Assembly: GCA_030167865.1 (NCBI GenBank) | Contig: JALAGF010005973.1 | Span: 1-33,639 of the forward strand | From: Craspedostauros australis | Taxonomy: Eukaryota | Reading direction: 5' to 3' | Length of the DNA stretch: 33,639 bases | Shown here: one piece after another, positions 9,823 to 20,375 of the stretch | Layout of the letters: every line of letters starts with the position of its first letter | Numbering within the stretch: position 1 is the stretch's first letter | Notes under the pieces: model-generated | The model's database searches: none | What the model saw: the letters and a program-made list of their open reading frames with translations, nothing else | What the model was told of the DNA's origin: nothing | Program-made: the position numbers and the translations under genes

Positions 9823-11077
9823 GGTGCTTGTAGTTGGAACGTTTAGTGACAACTGACGATGGATGGAATGAGCTTGGAATGTGTTACGGTGTGCTATGGT
9901 GTGTCAAAGATGGGAAGATTGAGAGGAGTGAAGTGGAGTTGGATGTCTCGCCGAATTGTGCCGTTTTGTGATGGCATGCTGTGCAATGCGATGTGATGTG
10001 TATCAAGTGATGATGCCACTGCCAGGATTTACATTTCTCGGGGATGAAGCTTTGCAGACCAAGACGACATTGGCGACACACGGCACCGCGTCCCCAACAA
10101 CAGAAAGCCCAACGTGCTCTCAAGGTTGTGGCGGGACAAGTGGGTGCTTGAGAGCATTGCTAAACACTGGCTTGTTCTCGGTGAGTTGGCATCACGAAAT
10201 CCACTTTGGCTTGTCGCTGTTCAACTAAACCCAACCAAGCCCAACTAAACCCAACGCCCGTCATGTGCTTCCCGCCCAACTTCCGAATGTCACCAAGGGC
10301 GACATTGGTCGGCATGTGAGTCTCGTGGCCCCTCTTTGTTTTTCTTCCCGCCATCGTGCTAGTACGAGTATTGCGAGTTGCTCCCACCATTGCGTCATTC
10401 CCACCATCGCGTCATTTTCATCATCGCCGCCATCGTTGCGACACTCCCTGTTGGTTTTGTGGGAGGGAAAAGTTTGATCGTGGGAGTTTTCATGTGAAGA
10501 AGTTGTGACCATGTTGGTGACATTTTGTGGGTCGCGGAGTGTCGATGAAATTCGGATGTCGTGCTCCCTTGCCGACACTCGATCGTCATAACACACTGTC
10601 GCAAGCGACGTCCAAGACAAAGCCACAGATGGTGCAACAAATCCCTCTGCGACATCGCACACAGCGCATACCAAGACCCAACCACCCAACCAACACACGC
10701 AGAGCAAACAGCCGTCGCGAAGAAGTCAACTTTATGAACATCAAATTTCCTCCATGACCAAACGAGGACTTCTCGGTCTTGACCTTTGTAACTTTTCTCG
10801 AGCAACACATCGAAACCCCTTTTGCCTCAGCATGGTCCAACAACTTCTTTTTGCTGCGTGCTGGCGACGATACGGGCATCATGTGCGAGTGCTCTACTAA
10901 TAGTAAACGATAGTATTATGTGATATTATGTTATATTATATTATAACACAATAGAACACTATTATACGATTCCATGATATGATATCGTATGTCATTTGCA
11001 GCACATGTGTAGAGTAACAGTACTTTTGATAGTTAAAGATGGGGACTTCTGACTCGCTGTGCCTTGCACAACAGTTG

Positions 11078-13873
11078 TTACTTTGCCAGACCACCAAACA
11101 CGGCGGCCGGAACAGCTTTCGTCTTCACTCCCTTCGTCTTGGCGCGACCGCCGCCGGACGGTTTGGGCTTCTCATCATCGTTCTCGTCATCTCCCGCCTT
11201 GGCATCATCTCCCCCCTCGCCTGCATCACCATCACCATCGTCATCACCGTCTTCATCCTCACCTCCAAGCAGATCTTCGAGATCGATCTCGGCATCGTCA
11301 TCACCGTCTCCGCCCGCGGCAGGATCCGCCACGGCCTTGCGCAGTTTGGCAACGCGTTCCTCGACGTCCTCGAGGTTTGCTTTGGAAGCCGGTCGTTTCG
11401 AGGCACGGACGAAGGTCTGGCCTCCCTCGCCTCCCCGATTCTTGACGTCGATGCCCTCCTGCGACGCGATCATGCGCATGGCCTCGTCGTTGGACAGGTT
11501 GGTGACCTTGTCGGACGTGCTGCTCATCTCGGCGGCGTTGTAGTTGACTGTGGAGAAGGCTGCTTCCACGCTTCGCTTGATGCGCAGCATCTCACGGAAT
11601 GTCTCCTCGTTACCGTGCGTGACCTCAAAGTCCTTCCACGTGGACCAGTACTTGGGATTCATGCGAGGGTCGGCCATCTGCGCGCCGTAGGCGTAGATGC
11701 CACGAGCACGGTCCATCTCTGTCAATGACGTCTCCATCTTGGCAAAGTCCAGGCAGGTCTGCGCTGCCTGGGCCTCCGGTAGAGCCTCGATGGCCTCCTG
11801 GTAGATCTCCCTCGTGGCGGGCAATCCGAGGGTCTGGGTCGTCTTGGCGACGAAGAGCTGGTAGGCGGTGAACTTGTCCTTCGTCGGCACGCGTTTGCAC
11901 AGGTCCTTGTAGACCTTGAGGGCCCGTCTCGGCGTCCCGCACTTCTCCTCGAAGTCTGCGAACATCATGTAGAACTCGGAGAGGTCCTCCGGCGGGGCCG
12001 CGTCGACGCATCGCTGGAAGAGGTCGCGCGTTCTCTCCACCCTGGTGTCCTGGTAGCGGTCCAGGAAAGCTTCAAGGTAGGCCTTCCAAATGACCTTGAC
12101 GGCCGGGAACTCGAAGAGCTCGATGCCGCGCTCGTAGGCCGTGAAGGACTCCTCGAAGTACTTCTTCTCCTTGAGGTAGGTGGCGAAGTTGAGGATGTGC
12201 AACGGCGTGGCCACCTTCTGGTCGATGGCCTGGTTGTAGGTGTCCTTGGTGGTCTGGACGGTGCCCAGCGACTCCTCCAGATCCAGCAGAAGATCCCACA
12301 ACCGGAGGGATCGCGCGATGCCGCGGACGATCTTGGATTCGCCCTTCTGCACCACGACGCTCTTGCGGACGACGGAAAGGGCGGCGTCCCAGTTCTCGTG
12401 GCGCAGCTCGAACTCGACGAAGGCAGCGTGACAATCCGCCAGATCGTCGGCGTGCTTGAATTCGTACGTGTTCTGGTTGCAGATCCTGTCGAAGAGGTCT
12501 CGGGCCTTGTCGGGGCTCTTGCACTTGTTCTCATAGACCTTGGCGAGCTCCGTGACCATCTGGCTGGAGGTGCCGCCGATGGCCTTCCTGGCGTAGACGG
12601 TCCTGAGACCTTCCTCCAACGCGGCTGCTGCCATCTCCGGTTGCTTGTTCTTGAGGTATAGCTTGCAGCGGTTGAGCCATTCCCCGACGTCGTTGGGGTT
12701 CTGTCGCAGCATGACGCGATTCAGCAGGATCGGTCGTCGTCCCGTGAGGTTCTCTGCGCGCGTGAGTGCCAGCTCCAGATCGGACATGGTGTACGTCGCC
12801 TTTGGCGTGCTGTCCGATTGGGCGACCGTATTGTCCCCCAGCAGGATGTCCCAGTCGCAGTCGCCGGCACCGTCCGCTGCCTCATCCTTGGCCTCATCCA
12901 TCGCTTCGTCATCATCGTCATGATTCTGAATGATCTCCTCCAGCAGACTCTCCTCGAACTGGAGGTAGGCGTCCATCAAAATCGTGAAGTCCCTTACGCT
13001 GGACACCGTCTCGATGGCCTCCTCGTAGACGGAGCGAGCTAGCTGGAATTCTCCGCGTCGAATCCACGAATCCGCCAGCTGGTTCCACAGCACACCCTCG
13101 AGCTGATCGGGCAGGAACTTTTTGTTTTTGACGACGGATCTGACGATGGCATTCCAATCCAGACCGATGGTCTCGACGGGATGCTTGGTGCAGATGCCGG
13201 CCAGCGATATCCACAGATCCTGACGTTCGGAGGGCGTGGTGCGCGGCACCTCGAGCAGCGCCTTGTACAACAGGGCCGCCTCGCCCCACTTGTCGAGCTG
13301 GTTGGCAAAGAAGTCCGCGATCTCGCGCTTGGATTCCGGATCGAACTGGATGTACCTCCTGAGCATGCTGACCTTGGTCTCCTTGGGAATGTCGTCCGAC
13401 ATGGTCTTGTAGTATTCCAGCAGCACCGCCCAGATCTTGTCGTGCTGCGTCGGCGGCAGCGCCTCCAACGCCCGGTTGGCCAAGCGGCGCAGCGCCGTGG
13501 GGTCCTCCTTGTGGTGCGCATGCGCGTAGTGGATGTACTCGATCCACACCCTGGGGAACTTGCTGAGGGTGGCCAGGGCCGATTCGAAGAGATCCACGGC
13601 GTTGCCCACCTGGTGCTTCGTCGCGAAGTCCCAATGCAGCCTCCAGATCTTGTACGAGCGCGGCAGGTGCTTCACGGCTCTGCGTCCCACGAAGTCCCGC
13701 ACCTTGCAGATGGTGTCCTTGTCGTGCGACTTCTTCTTCTTCTTCGCGTCCAGCACCTGATCCACGTCGTCCAGATAGTTGGTCCACGCCGTCACGCTGT
13801 ACGCGTTCTTGGCGATCTCATCCTCGTGCTGGATCAGCTGCGGGTAGCTCGAGATCACGCCCAGCATGCTCAT
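11078..13873 (-). CDS. SYF1: Pre-mRNA splicing factor SYF1/XAB2 (HAT repeats), intronless, 931 aa
   Basis: Motifs LPRSYKIW, RRPILLNRVMLRQNPNDVGEW, DLEESLGT, KYFEESFTAYERGIELF, FEVTHGNEETFREMLRIKRSV and C-terminal VPAAVFGGL. The start is placed at the first ATG (13873) rather than the track start at 13996. Confidence 0.96.
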   Translation of the reverse strand: MSMLGVISSYPQLIQHEDEIAKNAYSVTAWTNYLDDVDQVLDAKKKKKSHDKDTICKVRDFVGRRAVKHLPRSYKIWRLHWDFATKHQVGNAVDLFESALATLSKFPRVWIEYIHYAHAHHKEDPTALRRLANRALEALPPTQHDKIWAVLLEYYKTMSDDIPKETKVSMLRRYIQFDPESKREIADFFANQLDKWGEAALLYKALLEVPRTTPSERQDLWISLAGICTKHPVETIGLDWNAIVRSVVKNKKFLPDQLEGVLWNQLADSWIRRGEFQLARSVYEEAIETVSSVRDFTILMDAYLQFEESLLEEIIQNHDDDDEAMDEAKDEAADGAGDCDWDILLGDNTVAQSDSTPKATYTMSDLELALTRAENLTGRRPILLNRVMLRQNPNDVGEWLNRCKLYLKNKQPEMAAAALEEGLRTVYARKAIGGTSSQMVTELAKVYENKCKSPDKARDLFDRICNQNTYEFKHADDLADCHAAFVEFELRHENWDAALSVVRKSVVVQKGESKIVRGIARSLRLWDLLLDLEESLGTVQTTKDTYNQAIDQKVATPLHILNFATYLKEKKYFEESFTAYERGIELFEFPAVKVIWKAYLEAFLDRYQDTRVERTRDLFQRCVDAAPPEDLSEFYMMFADFEEKCGTPRRALKVYKDLCKRVPTKDKFTAYQLFVAKTTQTLGLPATREIYQEAIEALPEAQAAQTCLDFAKMETSLTEMDRARGIYAYGAQMADPRMNPKYWSTWKDFEVTHGNEETFREMLRIKRSVEAAFSTVNYNAAEMSSTSDKVTNLSNDEAMRMIASQEGIDVKNRGGEGGQTFVRASKRPASKANLEDVEERVAKLRKAVADPAAGGDGDDDAEIDLEDLLGGEDEDGDDDGDGDAGEGGDDAKAGDDENDDEKPKPSGGGRAKTKGVKTKAVPAAVFGGLAK

Positions 13874-14507
13874 CGTTGCGACGGTGTCGGGTGTTGCCGT
13901 TTGTGTTGATTGTAGAGTGTTGTTGCTACTAGTGGAGTATTGTTTGCGTTGGCGTTGGCCTTGACAACGGAAGGTTGGGATCGCAATCACTTTCACAACG
14001 AGACTCGCTCAATGCCCTTGCCTTGCGTTCCCTTGTCTCGTCTTGTCGGAGATGGTGATGATGGTGATGATGGTGATGCTGGTGTCGGTGGATAGTTTGA
14101 TGGCAAGGAAGAGTGGTTGGGTGGACACAACAAAGGAACAAAACAAGAAACGCAAAACAAGGCGGAAGATCGTTGGCCACAATTTGGTTTCCTGAGCCGT
14201 TCGTGACTCATGGAATCACGCATTATTCAATACGGTTACCATAGTATATATTCACACAATGATGTACCATGTGGTATCTTCCGTTGACAACGAGCATTTC
14301 GCTTTTTTGGTTGTTTGCGGAGGGAGAGATGGCGACCATGGCGATTGCTGCCGTTTGGCAAAGACGAGAAGGTGGGCACAGAACGATCTCATTCGACAGT
14401 GGCATTGCACAAGGGAGATACTCTGGACGGCAGCGCGGACTCCCATTGACGACGTCCAAGACAATTCAAATCAACCAAAGTCAATGAGAGGAACTGCAGT
14501 CACTGTG

Positions 14508-14542
14508 TGCTGACTGCTGACTGCTGATTGCTGATTGCTGAT
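14508..14542. repeat. Tandem 7-mer (TGCTGAY)x5 in the SYF1/EXO70 divergent intergenic region
   Basis: tgctgac tgctgac tgctgat tgctgat tgctgat. Confidence 0.9.
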
Positions 14543-14710
14543 TGAGCGGAGAGCAATACTCGAGAAGGAGTAACAACAGAAGGCACCCAACGGAAGCAGA
14601 AGGAGAAAGACAAGGAGGGACTGAGCACTCCCCTTCACTTGTACACAATCGGCGAGCGCCACCATACGACCAGCATCGCGTTATTGAGGAGCACCTGAAG
14701 CATTGACATC

Positions 14711-17515
14711 ATGGGGGCGCAAACAGAATCGCAACGACGCATCAACGCGCTGGGCAAGGCGCTCGGGAAGATGAAGGCATCCACGTCGGAGGCCTGCCAC
14801 TGCTGCGATCAGCTCACGAAGCGAGCGCGGCAGCTGGATTCCTTGACGAGCCCGGCATCCGATGCATCCTCCATGCTATCCAAGGCATCCAACAACCTCG
14901 GTTCCACCGTGGTGCTCATGAAGGACGCCAGGGAGAAGTTCGACACCGTCCGGGATTGCGAACCGGCCATCGAGCGCTTGCACCGCGGCGTCCTCGACGT
15001 GCAAAACGAAAAGTCCGGCAACCGCAAGGCGCGCAACCCATTCCAGGATGACAAAGGCAAGATCGTTCTGTCGGAACAGGATATCTACGCAGCGGCGGAT
15101 TCCATGGAGATCATCCGCGATGCGTTCGACTACTTCATCGATCGCAAGCACTGGAGGAGCACGGCGACGGCCCTGGCCTCGTTGGAACGCGTGCATCAGA
15201 TGGGAGTCAGCAGCATGTGCGTGCTGGCGTCCTTGCATCTGGTCGATGCTGGTCAGGCGGTGCGCATCAAGCGCGTCGTCAAGCAGGACAGCGAAACGCA
15301 CGTCACGCCGTCCAATGAAACGGCTCAGCAGGTATGGCATCCATTCCTTCATCCGCATGCGTGCCTACTGGTTTGCAGCATCTCACCATCACACAACAGA
15401 ACGCAACGCAATGCAAACTGCAAGCTCGCTTTCACTGCCGTCACTCACATGCTCGATCCCTCTGCTCCCCCTTACTGCTCCACTTCTTCTTCTTCACATC
15501 ATATTCATATGCAATGCTCTATCAAACTACCCGTACATCAACCACGCTACAGACGCGTGATCGCCTTTCGCAAGCCTTGCAGAATCGCGATCTGTTGCGA
15601 TCGATCGGAGAGTTCGAAGAGTACCAACCCGTCGAAGCTCGATTGGTCCGAGAACTGCGCGGCATCTTCGAATGCTTGAGCGGCAACGGATTCCAGCTGC
15701 ACCGCGTGCCCAAGGTGGAATCGCCGAACATGCAGCACATCTTCGGACTGCCGGCCAACAGGGTCGTGCGCACGGAGAAGGTCGGCGCCGGTGGATTCAC
15801 CAACCTCATCCAGCGTCCGCTCAAGTCCGGCTTCCCCCACGTCGATGCCTACGGCGAGGCGCGCAAGACGACCGCCTTCTCTTCCATTGATGCCTACCAC
15901 CGCCGCATCAAGGCCGAGCGCAAACGTCACGCGGAGAAGTTCCGGCAGGATCTGGTGGACAGCGCCGATGCTGCGGCCCGCGACGCCGTGCGATGTCTGG
16001 AGCATGCCATGATCGTGGTTGCGGGTGAGAAGAACGTGTACAGGACCATCGTCTCGCCATCCCTCACCAAGATCGCAGACGAAGATGCCGTCAACGACGA
16101 AATTTCGCCATTCTACCGCAAGGCATGCGCGGCTTCGTACTCGCACGTGGTTTCCTGCGTCGTGGACAAGACCATGGACATCATCGAGACCATGTTCCTG
16201 AAGGAGGGTGGCATCGGCCACGCCTCTGGGTCGAAGGGTGACAACCAGCCGCTGTCGGTGCGTTCCGCCGCTTCGGCAGCAGCAGGCGGTCTTCGAATTC
16301 TCGATGGCGTGCGTATGCTCGGCCCCTCCCTTGCCAAGTTGTGCGACATGCCGATCGGAGATGGCAATCCGGAAAAGCCAAGTCTGGCATCCACGCTGTG
16401 CATCGCCATTCACAGAACAACGGTCAAGAACTCTGCCAGAACACTTGAGAATCTCGCGAGGGCCATCCAGGAGGACCCGTTGAAGGGCACGGCGCAGCGC
16501 GCCAAGGATGCCAGAGTGGCACCACTGACCGTCGACGTCGTGCGATCGGTTCGTCTCGTTTCGCCATTTGTCAGCGCCTACAAGAGCGTGTCCAAACGTC
16601 GGCAGTTGCCGTGGGACCCCAACATGGGAGAGGACGCTGGCGAATTGGAGTCCTTCATTCGTTTCCTCATCATGAGACTGCTCAATTCCTTGAAGGGCAA
16701 GGCTCTCACCTACACGAAGCATTCCGGAGATATGGGACAGGTAAGTGATATCATTTTTGCTGGTGCCTTCGCTGGCGCTGGTGCTATTGTGAATGATTCA
16801 TGTGCATTTGCGATACGCCGTGGCATTCTATGATGATATGTGTATGTGATGCTCGCACACTCACAATCCTATTCGCCTTCATTCTGTTGACATCCATGTC
16901 TTCGCTCTTTCCATTATTCACTCGCCGACTCACTCATCTACCAACGACGATGACAACGACGACGACGATGACAACGACGAGTAGGCACGAAGCAGCATGT
17001 TCATGATGAACAACACATTCTATTTGAGAGACGAGCTCGGCCCAAACACTGTGTACTTCGGCGACCCACGCGACGACCAATACCGTATCGAAAGCTCATG
17101 GTTCGTCGATAAGGTGAATCGTCTGTTCGAATCTGAAAAGAGCAAGTACCTGGGCCATTGGGAAGTACTCAACACACACCTCACAAGCGTCGAGCATGAC
17201 GAGTTGGAGTACCAGAAGAAGAACGACACCATCCTCTCGTTGGACAGTGGTCGTCTCATCAAGAACAGGTTCAGCGGTTTCAACGAAGACTTCGAGCGCC
17301 TCTGGGAGGACCACAGGGACCTCTGCGTTGTGGATCCACGCCTGCGTGACACCCTGCAAAAGGAGGTGGCAGGTGTTTTCCTGCCACTCTACAGCAAGTT
17401 TTACGACAAGTACAGCCAAATCCGATTCTCCAAGAAGCATCAAGACGAGTACACGAAGTTCAGCCCATACAAGATCGAGGAGATGCTCGATAAGTTGTAC
17501 ATCGATGCCGAGTAG
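14711..17515 (+). CDS. EXO70: Exocyst subunit Exo70; exons 14711-15331, 15553-16740, 16985-17515 (779 aa)
   Basis: Three ORFs are joined by two phase-0 GT-AG introns. The N-terminus is coiled-coil-like. C-terminal Exo70 signatures: FMMNNTFY, IKNRFSGFNEDFE, VVDPRLRDTL, PLYSKFYDKY..FSKKHQDEYTKFSP..IEEML. Confidence 0.88.
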
Positions 17516-17811
17516 ATATGCTTTGGGCATGCCACAAAGGGTCCAACGCACGAGCGTGTGCACCCTTTGCTGGATCATGTTCGAGTAAATGACGCCTTGG
17601 AATTACTCTATGTAATATTGTTTTCATAGCTTTGGAATTTCAGATTCCATGCTCCGTCTTCCAACGTCTTCCAACATCTTTGTGCCTGTCTGCCGCGAGA
17701 AGAGAAACGGGTGCCACCATGCATGCCAGTGGGCTATGTACGAATCTGTAATCAGGTCACTCATCAGCAACAGTAACGTGCGCGATGAATCGGAGCCCAC
17801 TGCCGGCATCG

Positions 17812-19873
17812 TTATTTCTTTGAACCAAACATGTCTCCGAAGAGCTTCTTTGTGACATCTCCAAACTGATAGTCGTCCTTGCCGGTCCACTGATGTGGGG
17901 ATTGGATGGGTGGTGTGGTAGCAAATGAAGGAGACAGTATGAGTACACACATTCGTCGAGCACCTGGCACTATGTTGTGCGAGCCGGAATGGCAGTCCAG
18001 TTGCTCCATGTCGCTATGTTCCCAGGCTGCCGTGACATATCCGAAAGCTGCAATCAGCGAGGCTCAGTCAACACATCACAAGCACGAGGCGTACTTACGT
18101 TGGTAATCGCCTTCTTGGTCAGGTCGCCGAATTCGTAACTAGCGGCAGCCTCCTCACCGAGGTATTCCTTTGCCCAATCCTGACGTCGTTGCTCGATCTC
18201 TGCATGACCAAGGGGTCGACCAAATTGCGAAACATATCAAATACATTAACAATACCAACATGAACAAAAGTATGAGACACGAGCACATGCAACTCAAGGG
18301 TGAAATTCCATTCGAGAAGACGGTACGGAGCACACTGGGCTACAACACAACACAATACCATACAGCACAACGCAACTCACCTCGAGCAACGTCACCGAAT
18401 TCATAGTCATCGTTGCCGGTGAATTCTCCAATCTTGTCCTTCACGCGTGAATCGATGGCACGTGTGATGTCGCCAACTTCATACTCGGTTCCGGTGAATT
18501 CGCTGTACTCGTAACGTGAAGAAAGGAGGGTGAAAGCAAAGGAAGGCGATGTGATGTGGTGTGAGGCATTGAGTATGAAATCCATTCGATTCAAATTGCG
18601 TTCTGCAGAATATCAGCTGACTATCACAGCTGCAAAGTCAAGGGCTGATTCACTCTGTACTTACCCGATCTTGTCCTTAATGTTCTGGTCAATAGCCACC
18701 GTCAGGTCGCCACTTTCGTACGGCTTGCCGGTCATCTACGACATGTCACGGATGATGTATTTGCAGGAGGTTTGACGTGCCCAAATGCAAGATGTGAAGG
18801 AAAGGCAAATAAAGTCGGGACAGTGAGCATCTCAATTTTCTGCAGCTCTTGGATTCACAGGAAGACGTCCACAAACAGATTCACATTCACATGCACAACT
18901 GCATCCAATCATGGGTGCCAAGCACAAGTTGCTATTCACAGGCTTACCTCTTCGACCATTGACTTTGACATTTCATCCATAGCAAGGATGAAATCGCCCA
19001 GCTCATATTCATCCTTTTCTCTCATGCTGTAATCGGGAAGGGGAGTGCGAATGGAAGAAAAGATGGATGATAGGAAGCAGCACAAGTGAGTTCCTGCTGC
19101 GTGTTGTATCATCCCCGAAACGTAGACAGACTGCTCGCCAACTGCTCCATGCTATCTTGACGTGTGATTCTACCGGGTGAGTTCGGGGAAATGCTTGCGG
19201 TGCCCTCCACGATATACTTACGACGAGATTCCCTCCTTGACACGACGATCGATTTCCTTTGAGACGTCACCGATCTGTTCAGAAATGTGGTAGAATTGCA
19301 CGCCATTCATGAAAGGAATGAATTGAATGGGAGCAGATCAAGACATGGAAGCAGGAATGAATGAATTAATGGGTGGATGAGTGAATGAGTGATCTGCCAA
19401 TTCCTACTCGTACAACTTGATCCAATATCTCCCGCACTCTCCAAAGATCGCATTATGTTATTGCTGTGATCCTTTTGCTTACGCGGAACGCCCATCACAA
19501 AAGGTCATGCGAGCCTGCATGCACTCACCTTGTACTCCTCGCTGCCAGTGAAGTCGTTCGTCTTCTGCTGAATGTCATCGATCGTCGATTGGATGGTGTT
19601 GGACAGCTCCATGCCCAAACCGTTCCATTCGTCATCCGTGACCAGGTTGCCCACAAGCTCTTCCTTTTCTTCGGGAGAGGAGAATGTGATGGCGCCATCT
19701 TCATCGCCGGCGGTGTTGTACAGACGCACGCCCGAATGGGATGGGGCAGCGACGAAGGCTGCGGCGGTCTGTCGTTGCAGCGATCGCGCTGCATTCACGT
19801 TGAAACCAGCAACGTTCAACATGGTAGTTGACACAGCAATGGCTGCGATCAGCGCGGATTGTTGGAACTTCAT
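17812..19873 (-). CDS. Uncharacterised probably plastid-targeted YExGD-repeat protein, paralog A; exons 19873-19529, 19274-19222, 19026-18948, 18735-18665, 18502-18381, 18199-18099, 17889-17812 (282 aa)
   Basis: Six GT-AG introns give a continuous frame of 849 nt. The signal peptide ends NVAG-F and is followed by an S/A/R-rich transit-like segment and seven repeats of [FMW]TGxxxYExGD+helix. The exon structure is independently matched by paralog B. Confidence 0.9.
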
Positions 19874-20057
19874 TGTCGATCTCTCTTTCTTGGCTATTGG
19901 CGGTGCTGCGATGCTATGGTGCTCTGCTCAAGTTATGATCGCTTGGTCTCCTTGGGATGAGATGCCGGATCATGCGATGCTGGTGAAGCGAGGGGGTGTC
20001 ACAGGATCGACTTTGTCACGAAGAAAGGATTCGAAGATACTTGACGCGTGAGCGTTC

Positions 20058-20065
20058 TGACGTCA
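20058..20065. promoter_or_regulatory. Palindromic TGACGTCA motif ~185 bp upstream of paralog A
   Basis: Direct reading; bZIP/aureochrome binding is inferred. Confidence 0.3.
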
Positions 20066-20375
20066 CAACGAGTGAAAACAAGGAAATAGAATGGTCAATT
20101 CACGTTTCGGCACACGTTTCGCTTCGACAAACGCAACGCAGTCCCGCCCCAAATCTATTCCTTTGGCTCTAGAACCAACTCTGCCAACAGCATCTCTCCA
20201 GAGCAATCACATCATGCTCTCACCTCGTACATACCATGCCACACCACACCACACATCGTACTCTCTAGAATACTCTCGGATGAGCTCTAAATATACCCCG
20301 CTTTTTGCATCCTATTGCATCATACAGTTGTTTAGTACGATACCCTGTCATGAGTATGGTACACACACTTCACTT

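Noticed and set aside
9884..10882. Short ORFs between ABHD17 and SYF1
   Set aside because: No motifs or coding-like codon bias; could not be joined convincingly to ABHD17 by splicing.
11039..13909. Numerous 100-290-aa alternative-frame and antisense ORFs over SYF1 (likewise over AKR, EXO70, NUP160, RSL1D1)
   Set aside because: Expected from the high third-position GC of the real genes; translations are R/S/P-rich or otherwise non-protein-like.
13874..13996. 41-aa N-terminal extension of SYF1 in the ORF track
   Set aside because: Begins at a non-ATG codon and covers a C/A-rich leader; SYF1 similarity starts after the ATG at 13873.
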